From Octopus bimaculoides (taxonomy: Eukaryota): DNA of 64,000 bases. The DNA is taken from NCBI RefSeq assembly GCF_001194135.2, contig NC_068982.1, forward strand, positions 86,920,450 through 86,984,449, given 5' to 3'. The position numbers and the translations under genes were made by a program. Positions 39,871-51,927 of the stretch are shown here, one piece after another; the first letter of the stretch is position 1; the number at the start of each line of letters is the position of its first letter. Under the pieces are notes generated by a model. That model did not search any database. It saw only the letters and a program-made list of their open reading frames with translations, and was not told the DNA's origin.

Positions 39871-40290
39871 ATCGGAGACCCCTTCGGTCACGAATGACAA
39901 TGGGATTGCACCTAGAAAGTTACACTCCGGGGAACATGTCTGGGCAAGGTTGTTTATGGAAGACCAGCTGTCGGCCATGCATACCAGCCTCCTCTCTCCA
40001 CGCCACCGATGTCATCGAAGGGAAAGGCAAAGGCCGATACAGCTTAGCACCAGTGTCGTCGCAACTCATTTCTACAGCTAAGTGAACTGGAACAACGTGA
40101 AATAAAGTATTTTGCTCAAGAACACAACACGCAGCCCGGTCCGGGATTCGAACTCCCAACCTCACAGCTTAGTGAACTGGAGCAACGTGAAATAAAGTGT
40201 CCTGCTCAAGAACACAACACACAGCTCGATCTGGGAATCGAACTCACTACCGCATGATTGTAAGCTCGATGCTCTAACCACTGAACCAAA
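39871..40290 (-). mobile_element. tRNA-derived SINE (second family) plus a tandem head fragment
   Basis: Minus B-box GTTCGAATCCC followed by GTGTTGTGTTCTTGAGCAA..CTTTATTTCACGTTG, repeated at 40180-40290. Confidence 0.75.
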
Positions 40291-40312
40291 CATTTATATA
40301 TATGTATATGTA

Positions 40313-40356
<44 letters not shown>

Positions 40357-40435
40357 AGCACACACATAAAAATATATATCAATATATGTATATATGCATA
40401 TTGATGCATATATGATATATGTATGTAACTATACT

Positions 40436-40778
40436 CTTTTACTCTTTTACTCTTTTACTTGTTTCAGTCAGTTGACTGCGGCCATGCTGGAGCACCGCCT
40501 TTAGTCGAACAAATCGACCCCAGGACTTATTCTTTGTAAGCCTAGTACTTATTCTATTGGTCTCTTTTGCCGAACCGCTAAGTTATGGAGACGTAAACAC
40601 ACCAGCATCGGTTGTCAAGCGATGTTGGAGGGACAAACACAGACACACAAACACACATATATACATATACATATATACGACGGGCTTCTTTCAGTTTCCG
40701 TCTACCAAATCCACTCACAAGGCTTTGGTCGGCCCGAGGCTATAGTAGAAGACACTTGCCCAAGGTGCCACGCAGTGG
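40436..40778 (-). mobile_element. tRNA-derived SINE, near consensus
   Basis: Tail ACTCTTTTACTCTTTTACTTGTTTCAGTC...CAAGGTGCCACGCAGTGG; ends at a gap. Confidence 0.9.
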
Positions 40779-40857
40779 NNNNNNNNNNNNNNNNNNNNNN
40801 NNNNNNNNNNNNNNNNNNNNNNNNNNNNNNNNNNNNNNNNNNNNNNNNNNNNNGTGT

Positions 40858-41180
40858 GAAGGCGCGTGGCTTAGTGGTTAGAGTATTCGGCTCACGATCG
40901 TATGGTCGTGAGTTCAATTCCCGGCGACGCGTTGTGTCCTCGAATAAGACACTTTATTTCACGTTGCTCCAGTCCACTCAGCTGGCAAAACTGAGTAGTA
41001 CCTGTATTTCAAAGGGCCAGCCTTGTCGCACTCTGTGTCACGCTGAATCTCCCTGAGATCTACGTTAAGGGTACACGTGTCAGTGGAGTGCTCAGCCACT
41101 TGCACGTTAATTTCACGAACAAGCTGTTCCGTTGATCGTATCAGCTGAGACCCTCGTTGTCGTATTCGAATTTAAGAGTT
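40858..41180 (+). mobile_element. tRNA-derived SINE with clear Pol III A and B boxes
   Basis: A box TGGCTTAGTGG, B box GTTCAATTCC, then a central domain TTGCTCCAGTCCACTCAGCTG. Confidence 0.85.
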
Positions 41181-43634
41181 ATATATATATGTACACGCAC
41201 ACACACGGAATTTGGAAAACTCTAATTATACCACAAACAGTAGAATATTAATTCCCTCTGCTCATCGAAGCTGCACCGACCGTTTTTCATGATGTCAACA
41301 ACGCAATGTTGATATCAATGAATCATCAAAACATGACCGGTGAGAAATAGTTAAGTTTCCATTAAATCTCACCCTAACACCATGAAAAAGATCGAAGACT
41401 GCATTAAAAACAGTAATATAAGATATACTTAATTATTGGTGCCGAAGAAGACGTTGAAGCGTTTATGATCATAGGTACTCAGTCGAGATTTGGGTCTAAA
41501 AGTTAATTGGTATCACATCAAAATGCCCCACGTTCGTACTCAAACTCGGTACTGTACGGCACCAAGTTATATAGCAGCAGAATATAACTTCGATTTGCTT
41601 AGCATCTCAAAGTCTTCCATTGGGCCGTACCAACATGATACTACATGGAACTATATATTAAATATAATGATCAGAAAACAGACAGTTCTTGTATCACCAA
41701 TATCAATTGCAGTTGTTGCAGCAGTTATACTTACAGCAACAGTAATAGTAGCAGCAGCAGTGGTATTCGTAACCGAGCAGTAGCACCGTTAGGGTGCAAT
41801 ATTGCAGTTCTAGTTTTATCAATATCATTCCTCGTCAATGTGTTTATTATTAATTTTTCATAAATTTTCTTCTATGGTTGGAAAATAGTTTTTACCAGTC
41901 CATGTTTGTATGTATGTATGTATGTATGTATGTATGTATGTATGTATGTATGTATGTTCTGATGTATGTATGTTGTTTTAAAAACAATTTCCACTCTTAT
42001 TTGTATAAACATTGTTTCCCGAAAATTTCACTTGTATATTATTTGAGTTATCTCGTGCTTGTTGATTTCAGATTTGAAACGCCCTAGAGGGAGTTTTTGT
42101 TTACTAATTGGAGGGATAATTACACTTAATTGAAGCTTTCCAACCAAAAATGTATGCCGAACACTTACCTGAGGTATTTCTCCTCAACCCTGTAGCTAAT
42201 AATCGGAGGTCCTAGAGGACCAAATTTTAGATACTTCAGCTATCCATATTTTTGTTTCTTGTTCAAATACATTGTCACTGGTTACTGAGTTACATAGTTC
42301 ATTTTCGTTTCGTTTGAAATTCATTATAAATAGATTTGACTCCATATATTTATTTATTTATAATTCACGCTGTATCGACACTCCTATAGATAATATACTA
42401 ACAGTTAGTAGTAATTGTTGATAATGATAGATTAAACAAATTGATAGTCTGGTATCTAGTTTCGATATCTTTCATTAGAGTTTGAATCCCATAAAATTCA
42501 AATTAGAAATATATCGACGTAGGCATTGAAATTAAACGATCACAGTCCGAAGCAGGAAAAAAAAAAAAAAAGATTTCTATTTTGTTTTGTTTTGGTGAAG
42601 TAGATTAACAGAAAATATTAAGACTTTTTGTTGTCAAATAATTTACTTTATCTGGCTAAGATTTCTTTTATGATAAGAAAGACAAGCAGTCAATGGAAAT
42701 TCAGTGGAATTTTATTAAATGATTGGCACAATCGTTCTAGAGCGGTCTGCATGTGGTGACATTTTTCCTTTTTAAATTGTAACAATGCAGACTTAACCGG
42801 AGCTTGATTTGCTAGTCAACAGACAATATTACTTCCAGCTGAATTTGGTTGCTTTTAATGACCACTTTACTCAGCTTTAAAAAGTCTAAAAATCTTGAAA
42901 TATTCTTATTTCTCAAACATATATAATCCTTAATACTGATGACCATCTCTATTTAGAAGGGCATCCTTTTTCAGGTATTCTCGGAATATACTAAGCTTCT
43001 TCGCCCTAATCTCTTTTATCAGCGACATCAATATCATTCATTCTCATTCGAGAATTTCACCAATGCTCTTCTTGCTTGAAAATAATTAATTCAGATCTTT
43101 ATTAGTGAAGCAGTAGGCTGCTCACATCTTTGCAAGTGAAGTTGTACTCAAAAGTCTAAGCCACCAACCTGTTTCTTGTCCATTGAAATCTGCTCTGGTA
43201 TCTGCTAAGTATTCATGACTTGTCAACTGTTTCTGTATAGTCATGCGTCGTTTAGGAGACATTGGCATTGTTATAATTCTTACTAGCCCTTATAATGATT
43301 GCTTAGAGTCAACAGAACAAATTTTCGATTATATGTATAATATAGTATTAGAGTTATACGATATGATTCAGACAAGCAATTTAGGCAACAAAATAACAGC
43401 CGATCATAGTAATTGTTTAAAAGTATGAAGCTTCGATGGTCGTGAATGAAAAATTGGTCATAGAATTACTCAATCAGGCATGGACACAGCAGATATTGGT
43501 TACTTAAAACACATGCGATAGAAGCGAAATAGGGGTTGATAAATAGATAAATAATGTCTATATCATGAGATAATCAAAAATTGAATACTAAAAGAGGTAA
43601 GCGAGGTAAAGTGAGATGGATGTGTGTGGTTTAC

Positions 43635-43636
<2 letters not shown>

Positions 43637-43678
<42 letters not shown>

Positions 43679-43713
43679 GTAATAATAATAATAATGATAA
43701 TAATAATAATGAA

Positions 43714-43795
<82 letters not shown>
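43637..43795. repeat. Long (AAT)n microsatellite
   Basis: About 50 AAT units; explains the poly-N/I/L ORFs. Confidence 0.98.
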
Positions 43796-43796
<1 letters not shown>

Positions 43797-44690
43797 ATGG
43801 ATAAGTGAATGTTTGAGTATATTCAGTATAGCAGACAACATAAGAGAATTAATTAACTTCAGCATGAAAAAATGGAAAGTAGTTCTCTACTCAGGTGACA
43901 CAGTCTTAGGGAAAGTTAACATCAAGAGAGGAATTTTCCAAGGAGACTCATTATCCCCTTTAATATTTGTCATATGTTTGATCCTTCTCAATTTAGTATT
44001 AAGGAAGGCAAAAGCAGGGTATCAGTTCAGAAATAGTAAGGGAAAAATTAACTATTTGCTCTACATAGATGGTCTGAAGCTTTTTAGCAAGAAAGAAAAA
44101 GAGATAGGTTCTTTAATACAGACTGTAAGATTCTTCAGCAAAGATATAGGCATGGAATTTGGCATAGACAAATGTGCAATATTAGTCATGAGAAGGGGAC
44201 AGGTAGTCAGCAGTGAAGGCATTCAGTTAGCAGATGGCTAGACATTAAAATCATTGAAAGGAGGAGAGAGTTATAAGTATCTAGGAGTATTAGAATCTGT
44301 CAGAGTACTAACTATAGAAATGAAAACGAAAATTGAGAAGGAATACATTAGAAAAGTGAGGAAACTAATGAAGTCAATGCTAAATGGTCCGAATCTAGTG
44401 AAGACTGTAAATATTTGGGCAGTATCATTATTTAGATACTCAGCAGTTCTTATAGATTGGACAAAAACTGAATTAGTAAAGCTAGATAGAAGAACTAGGA
44501 AGGAAATCAATATGAATGGAGGACTCCACTCATGAGCAGGAGTAGCAAGATTATACTGACCTAGAAAGGCAGGTGGAAGAAGGTTAATATCAGTAGATGA
44601 CTGCGTGGAGTTAGCTAGAGTAGATATAGACTCTTATGTAGGTAATAGAGAAGAAATTTTATTAAAAGCCGCAAGAGTCACAGCATGACA
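43795..44690 (+). mobile_element. R4/Dong-clade LINE RT fragment abutting (TAA)n
   Basis: WISECL..KRGIFQGDSLSPLIFV..INYLLYIDGLKLF..GMEFGIDKC; YKYLGVLE; GPNLVKTVNIWAV; cut at the 3' side by a SINE. Confidence 0.9.
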
Positions 44691-44694
44691 TAGG

Positions 44695-45700
44695 GAAACC
44701 AAGTAAGTCTAGTATTTATTCTATCGGTCTCTTTTACCGAACCTCTAATTACGGGGACGTAAACACCAACATCGGTTGTCAAGCGATGGTGCGGGGACAA
44801 ACACAGACACACAGACATATATATATATATATACATATANNNNNNNNNNNNNNNNNNNNNNNNNNNNNNNNNNNNNNNNNNNNNNNNNNNNNNNNNNNNN
44901 NNNNNNNNNNNNNNNNNNNNNNNNNNNNNNNNNNNNNNNNNNNNNNNNNNNNNNNNNNNNNNNNNNNNNNNNNNNNNNNNNNNNNNNNNNNNNNNNNNNN
45001 NNNNNNNNNNNNNNNNNNNNNNNNNNNNNNNNNNNNNNNNNNNNNNNNNNNNNNNNNNNNNNNNNNNNNNNNNNNNNNNNNNNNNNNNNNNNNNNNNNNN
45101 NNNNNNNNNNNNNNNNNNNNNNNNNNNNNNNNNNNNNNNNNNNNNNNNNNNNNNNNNNNNNNNNNNNNNNNNNNNNNNNNNNNNNNNNNNNNNNNNNNNN
45201 NNNNNNNNNNNNNNNNNNNNNNNNNNNNNNNNNNNNNNNNNNNNNNNNNNNNNNNNNNNNNNNNNNNNNNNNNNNNNNNNNNNTCTTCTTTCAGTTTCCG
45301 TCTACCAAATCTACTCACAAGGCTTTGGTCAGCCCGAGGCTATAGTAGAAGACACTTGCCCAAGGTGCCACGCAGTAGGACTGAACTCGGAACCATGTGG
45401 TTGGTAAGCAAGCTACTTACCACACAGCCACTCTTGCGCCTATATATATATATGACGGGCTTCTTCCAGTTTCCGTCTACCAAATCCACTCACAGGGCTT
45501 TGGTCGGCATGAGGTTATAGCAGAAGATACTTGCACAAGGTGCCACGCGGTGGGATTAAACCCGGAACCATGTGGCTGGGAAGCAAGCTTCTTACCACAT
45601 AGCCACGCCGAGTTTCCTCCAGTTTTCTTCTTCCAAATCCACTAACAAAGGGTCGGTCAATACGGAGTTATAGAAGAAAGATACTTGCCCAAGGTGGAAT
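44695..45700 (-). mobile_element. Tandem cluster of 3-4 SINE copies spanning a gap
   Basis: TTCCGTCTACCAAATC..CACAAGGCTTTGGTC recurs at ~45290, ~45470 and (degenerate) ~45630. Confidence 0.85.
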
Positions 45701-45772
45701 TGAACCCAAGACCACATGGTTATGATGCAATCTTCTCAACGAGGCAATCATGCCTGCACTTTTTTATACATG

Positions 45773-45804
<32 letters not shown>

Positions 45805-45989
45805 CACACACACACTCACATGTATGTATGTATGTATAAGTTCACTTTGTAATCACGTAATTTCAGGTTCAGTCCCACTGCACAGCATCTTCGGCAAGCG
45901 TCCATTAATATAGCCCTGGGCTGACCAATGTCTTTTGAGTGAATTTGACGTGTGGTAGCCTGTCATGTGGTAGCCTGTCGTGTGTGTGT

Positions 45990-46490
45990 ATGTCTTTGTG
46001 TGTGCTCGCGCGCGAGTGTGTGTGGTCGGGAGGAGAAGCAGTTATGGGTGCTTCAGAGGAATTTAGAGTGTAAAAAAAAAGAGAGAAAAAGAGAGAAAGA
46101 GAGAGAACGCAAGGAGAAAGAAAAAGAGTGAGGGAGAGAGAGAGAGAGAGAGGGAGAGAGAGAGAGAGCGCAAACTAGAGTAAGTGAGCAACAGCAACTG
46201 AGAGCAAGAAAAGAAAATTAATGTTGCAGGCTGGGTAAATTTGAGAGAGAGAAAAAGGAAATCCGGAAAACAGAGCAATAAAGAAAAAAAGAAAGCAATT
46301 GAAATGAATGAATGAATGAATGAATGAATGAATGAATGAATGAGAAAAGAAAGTAAACGATGAAAGTATATAATGTCCATTGTGGGAAACGGTATTTTCC
46401 ACGAATTCGATAGTATTTTCCAGTTCTGACGCTAGTCACTGTCATCAATGACGTATTTTCATTGGAAAACACGTCAATTGGAATCTCTAT
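45990..46490 (+). promoter_or_regulatory. Candidate promoter/5' exon: CpG patch, GA-repeat tract, (GAAT)n, ending at a GTAAGT donor (46491)
   Basis: CTCGCGCGCGAG at ~46006, long purine-rich (GA)n, then unique sequence and a consensus donor; an alternative acceptor TATTTTCCAG at 46423. Confidence 0.3.
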
Positions 46491-47361
46491 GTAAGTGGAG
46501 TCAGGTGACTTAATCAATGCAGTCATAACAAACGTAGATAGCTAATATTGATTTTATTTATTCTAAAAGCAAAACCACATTAAATAGTTTTCTCTGATAT
46601 CTGTTTATTATATGTTTTGTTTTATCTTTGTTGGTATCGCATAAAATGATGAATTTATGCTATAGAAACAGACTTTTATTCCATTCAACCATTTTCTAGT
46701 TTTAAGTTGGTTAGTTGTTTCCTTTTTGTGTTTGCTACAAAACCCATGGTTAGGCTTTCGTGGTCGGAATTATTTCTGATGACAATTCTTTTTTGCTTCG
46801 ATTCCCCACCCCACCCCGCCAATATGCACACACAAACCCGATGTGTATTATTATACGCATGTTCTTATATGCATATTAATGTGTAAAAAAATAGATTCTT
46901 TAACAAGAAGTAAATATCAGGAATATCTGTGGATGAATTTGTAATAAGGGTTCGTAAAAAGTGATTTGCGACAGTGCAGAACGAAAACAGTAAAATAGAC
47001 CAGCAACAATTGGTGTTGTTTCAAGGAATTCTTTTAAAGAACAGGGAAGAGTGAATTTTAACCCGATTAACCGGATGATTTTGTTGTGAAAAGAAGATCA
47101 AGTTTAATGATATATACTATTTGCATCTATCCAGTACTTTCGACATGAAAATAATATAGATTTTGATATAAACAAATTAAACGTGTTGAAATTTTGTATG
47201 TACCTGCAATGGAAACTAATAATATAATTGTAAAAAATTTTAATGAACTACCTTCATACATTTAGATGTTTCTTACCAGAGAGATCTTTCATGCCAGTTG
47301 GATCAAACCAGTACCTGTCGTGCAGATACTGGTTCTCCCCCATGAGCAAGAATCCCTTCGA

Positions 47362-47420
47362 CTAAAGTCAGAGATTATTTATAGTCTAAATTTTAGACTA
47401 TAAATAATCTTTGACTTTAG
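47362..47420. repeat. 59-bp near-perfect palindrome
   Basis: CTAAAGTCAGAGATTATTTATAGTCTAAA-T-TTTAGACTATAAATAATCTTTGACTTTAG; 29-bp arms with one mismatch. Confidence 0.95.
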
Positions 47421-47641
47421 ATTCAAAATGATGATGGACACTGGTATTTACTATCTTTTTCAGTGTAAGGTTTACATCTTTCCTACTGTTATTCATTCAT
47501 TCACCTCCTTTTCCTTTGTGAGTTAGATTGTTTCTCTTTTCGTTCACAGGATTGATTTCATTGTTCACTCTTAAGGAAGGGGTAAAATGGGGGAAATAAC
47601 ACAATAATAGACGAATGAATGAATGAATGAATGAATGAATG

Positions 47642-47708
<67 letters not shown>

Positions 47709-47869
47709 AAAAAAACATCGCTAATGACTGGAGAGAAATAAAGTTCATTGTGAAAAAGGAAATGGGATTTGAATAAGAAAGTTTCAACGTATTCCAAGCT
47801 GCATTTTGTAAGAGAGCTGTTATTTTTAATCTTGTCTTTCTAGGTAATATCTCTAACACACAGGCATTT

Positions 47870-48900
47870 CACACGGAAGCTCTCAAAATCTCTACTAGCT
47901 TCCTTTATGAAGTCCAAACCTCCAAGCCATACAATAGTGGAGATATTTTTGCTATCGTGTAGACATTCATTTTGGGCTCAAGGGATACAACATAAGAGTT
48001 CTACAAGCGACAAGGATAGTTACTGAAATCTGTACTGACTTTTGCAGTCTGCATTGATTTCTTGTCATCCAACGCATCTCTTTGCTAAGTATGTGAAAAA
48101 TCTGTCCAATGATGAAGATATGACACAGAATTGCTTGGTCTGCAGTAGCACATAATTGGAAGAGTTACCCTGTCTTTAGAAAATTACAATCATAATTCCG
48201 TATACAACCACATTGATTTCCATGGATACAATGTCAACAAGATGATTATGAATAAAGTCTATCAATGTTTCCGCAAAGCTACATTGTAATGCCACCTCTA
48301 ATTTATTGTAGGGAAGATTCACAGAATCGTCTTTTGTCAGAACATGAGATTTCTACTTAACTGAACACCATCATACATATACAATTATCACGGGATTCTA
48401 TCAGTACCAGATGCCTTGCCATTCAACAGATGAAGAATATGACTTCGACAAATGTAATATCAGCAAAGTGGCAAAGAATTTTATAACTGAGAATTTCTTC
48501 ACGAAAGAAGTTTTATCATCCGCTGTCAGAAAGGGTGTGTCTCGGTCGATCCTGTGTTGCAATGGAAGCCTCTCACATTATGGATATTAAGCTGACTTTT
48601 CAGCTTCAGGTCTCTTGATCAGGTTTTCTTTAAAGGTGCAAAACCTCTTACGATTCTGAAGCGCTTTATTTGATATAAGGAATTTCTGTCATGACCCAGA
48701 TACTTGAGGGTACTGTAAACTATACCAAAGTGGTTGTTATTGTTCAGCATGAATTCTGATCTGATTGCGTCGATTTGCGTAGTTAAAAGGCTTCACATCT
48801 GTGATTATCCCATAATTTCTTAAGCATTGTGTTTGCCCGTCACTTTTTAAGATGGTAAGAAGCGGTTTAACGGAAAGGGATCTGTTATTTGTAGCATACG
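47870..48900 (-). mobile_element. Decayed RTE-like LINE remnant
   Basis: Minus LLNGKASGTDRIP motif at ~48380-48430 and other stop-riddled RT-like stretches. Confidence 0.5.
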
Positions 48901-48919
48901 AAATAAAAATGTACACGTT

Positions 48920-49370
48920 CATTCAATACCTTGACTTTAGCCGTGGGTCTGCATGGAACAATTCCTGATTTTTGTCGAAGAAAATCCAATATATTCAAGT
49001 CAGTGTCCATTTATCCTCCGACTGAGACAAATGGTCAAACTTTTCCATATGTCTGGACGCATTCTAGAGATAGTGGGCAATTGGAACGGCATCTCGGATA
49101 CTGGCTGGAATATCCTACTCAGAAGATTCTATATGACCAACAGATACAGACTAAATTCTCCGAATGTGTTAATGGAGACTTGGTCATCCAGGTCGTATTT
49201 AGATGGAGTATTTATTAACTCAGCGGATGGTATCCAGAATTTCGACTCATCGGTTATACATTCGATAAGTTAATGGTTAGCAATCAAGCTGAAGAAGACG
49301 CATATACAGGAGCTCTTTTATTGGAAGCTGAATACACGTTCCCTGGAATGACCATTCGAGAAATTAGAAA
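48920..49370 (+). mobile_element. L1/Tx1-type APE endonuclease fragment
   Basis: ORF 48953-49273: IVGNWNGI..YRLNSPNVLMETWS.RSYLDGVFI resembles GDxN..W..SYLDR of L1/Tx1 endonucleases. Confidence 0.55.
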
Positions 49371-49387
49371 CCTTTCCTCTCCGAGAG

Positions 49388-49984
49388 ACGTTGGATCTTT
49401 TTTAAAACGGGGGCCACATTTTTCATTAATGTTTTACGTAGTGTTTTTGGTACGGGAAGACTTTCAAACTTCGTATACTTATCTATTTTGTGTTATAGAA
49501 CAGAAAAATATTTTTGTATTCGAATTTATTTCATGTAAAAAATTGTCTTATTTCGATAATTTCAACCAATCACTGACGTCCATTCAGTCGATATACATTA
49601 AGTGCCGACTACATAAACAAACGATTCTTCGTTTTATTTGCTTTTTTCATTTTAAATTTGCTTTAACCCTAACCCTAACCCTAACCCTAACCCTAACCCT
49701 AGGGTTAGGGTTAGAGTTAGGGTTAGGGTTAGGATTAATTGTTTCAGAATCGTTTGTTTATGTAGTCGGCACTTAATGTATATCAGCTGAATGGACGTCA
49801 GTGATTGGTTGAAATTACAGAAATACGACAACTTTAACATGGAATAATTTATGGATTTCTTTTTTTTTAAAGAAGACTAAGAGAAAAAGATGTTTTATAT
49901 GACACATTCTACCAGTGTTCCAAGTTTCAAAGTGTTTCGTTAATGAAAAATGTGGCCCCCGTTTTAAAAAAGATCCGAGACGTT
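49388..49984. mobile_element. Fold-back element with telomeric-repeat core
   Basis: Terminal IR GGATCTTTTTTAAAACGGGGGCCACATTTTTCATTAA; inner IRs 49551-49627 and 49747-49830; core (TAACCC)6 at 49664-49699 then six imperfect TTAGGG units to 49734. Confidence 0.85.
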
Positions 49985-50597
49985 TCCTATCACTAAATTA
50001 ACTTCGCAAACACGGGCATTGTCATCATTTTAAACAAGTCAACTTGACTAGGAAAATCGTTTAGTTTATTTGAATGCGTTTGCTAAACTTTCAAAATCGG
50101 TATCTGAGAGTAATGTGATCACATATTTCTTTAGAAAATATGACGAAGCTGAGTTTCATTTAAATTTATCTCACTAAAATTTCACGTGAGAAGCTGCCTT
50201 TATAAATAGGAAAATATTTGCATATGTAACTTCAATGGCTATTTTGTTTCTAACTTAATTACTTTGTTCAATTTCAATTACTATCAGGAAACAGATCTTA
50301 TTTCGTTGTCGTTTTTATTTTGTAATTATTGACATTATTATCAAAATTGTTGTTGCTGTCATTAATTTTAAGGATAAATAACCCTCTAAAATAACAAAAA
50401 AATTCTCGACTACTTGAATCTACTATTATTCGGTTTCGAATCCTGGTTATAGCTGTATCATTTTCACTTATGCCATTTAAAAAACACAAACTTTACAATG
50501 TTGTTTCTTCTCGTTTGGAGTGTCCTTTTTTTTTCATATCCAATATGGTACCTAGTTGTTCTGTGTTGATATCTCCCAAGACCAGAATTTGATTTCA

Positions 50598-50648
50598 TTT
50601 CACCTTATCGGTAAAATTTCACCTTATCGGTAAAATTTCACCTTATCG
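50598..50648. repeat. 19-bp minisatellite, about 2.7 copies
   Basis: TTTCACCTTATCGGTAAAA repeated. Confidence 0.9.
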
Positions 50649-50673
50649 ATTCCTTTCCCCTAAAAGAACTGAT

Positions 50674-51167
50674 CTAGTGTTTGTTTTCCGAAAAGTAATA
50701 TTGAACGAATTTGTTAATTTGTTTTAAACTATGGCACAATATTCTAATGGTATTTATATAACTTTATGCTATAGGTTCTTCAGCTCTCTGGCAATTAATA
50801 TTAATTTTCTATATGCAGATGTATTATACATTAGCCTATGCCCTTGCAGATGAAGATGATTTAATTCAAAAGAGTCAGAAGTAGCCATGATTGGTAGTCC
50901 TATGGAAATTCTAAACGAGCTGGTCGCCTATTTTCTTTCCTTTCCTTTTTTTTTCTCTCCATCTTTCTTTCTTTGAAAATTTGAGAGGCGTTCCATTCTA
51001 GTGTTTGTTTTCCGAAAAGTAATATTGAACGAATTTGTTAATTTGTTTTAAACTATGGCACAATATTCTAATGGTATTTATATAACTTTATGCTATAGGT
51101 TCTTCAGCTCTCTGGCAATTAATATTAATTTTCTATATGCAGATGTATTATACATTAGCCTATGCCC
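50674..51167 (+). repeat. ~170-bp direct repeat (50674-50843 and 50998-51167)
   Basis: CTAGTGTTTGTTTTCCGAAAAG...CATTAGCCTATGCCCT appears twice, apparently identical. Confidence 0.92.
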
Positions 51168-51244
51168 TATGCTGATTTTTTTTTACTTCAAAACACTCCC
51201 TTCCTCCAAAAGAGTATAATTTACGCATAGTAAAGATTTAGCGA

Positions 51245-51322
51245 TAGAGTGTAGAGTGTAGGCAATTAGAGTGTAGAGTGAAGGCAATTAGAGTGTAGAG
51301 TGTAGGCAATTAGAGTGTAGAG
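51245..51322. repeat. 22-bp minisatellite, about 3.5 copies
   Basis: TAGAGTGTAGAGTGTAGGCAAT repeated. Confidence 0.9.
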
Positions 51323-51850
51323 AGAGATAAATGCTAAACTGTCAAGGGTTTTGGTAATGACGTAGCAAGAGATGGAAGAAGCGAAGATAACCCTCGAATA
51401 CTTTGTTGACATTAAATACAATGTCAACGCAAAGAGATTATAAGTGTATATTTTTGTTGTGACTTCTGATGGACAGTCTCATGTGCAATTCTGAATTATG
51501 GAACCAGTTTGGCAAGTATGCTAATGACTAACACTTTTCAGCACCATTTGGTACCACAGATTCTAATTTAGAGTTGTATTTAGCTAATGTTTCTGTAAAC
51601 TTTCTTTCTCGATTAATTTTACTGCAGAATCTAACATAATCAAAAAATAAACTAGTGTTTCAAAATATCCAGTGATATGAAATAACATTTAAACTACATT
51701 TTTGTACGTAAAATGAAAGGCAAAGAAACATTAAACAGTGTAGTGAACTCGGTTCGTTGGAATTTAACTTTTAATCTATGATAATAGAATGTAGAGAAAC
51801 GAAATTTTTTTTTTTGCTCTCCACTGCTTTTGAACTACTTAAACCAGATA

Positions 51851-51927
51851 CAGGGTGCGGCAGAAAAGTTGCTGAGATTTCAAATTATTAACTTTTGAAA
51901 TCGGGGCAATCTTTCTGCCGCACCCTG
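51851..51927. mobile_element. 77-bp Tc1/mariner-type MITE
   Basis: TA-CAGGGTGCGGCAGAAA...TTTCTGCCGCACCCTG-TA. Confidence 0.85.

Noticed and set aside
40858-40930. tRNA gene
   Set aside because: A and B boxes are present, but it continues into a SINE body and lacks a clean cloverleaf; it is a SINE head.
42163-42300. Minus-strand exon ending at a strong CAG|GTAAGT donor
   Set aside because: No polypyrimidine acceptor upstream and only a short open frame; a donor motif alone is insufficient.
43563-43865. Poly-Leu/Ile/Asn membrane or low-complexity proteins (also 47497-47859)
   Set aside because: These are translations of (AAT)n microsatellites.
49664-49734. Ancestral telomere-telomere fusion site
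   Set aside because: A fusion gives (TTAGGG)n then (CCCTAA)n; the polarity here is opposite and it sits inside an inverted-repeat element.
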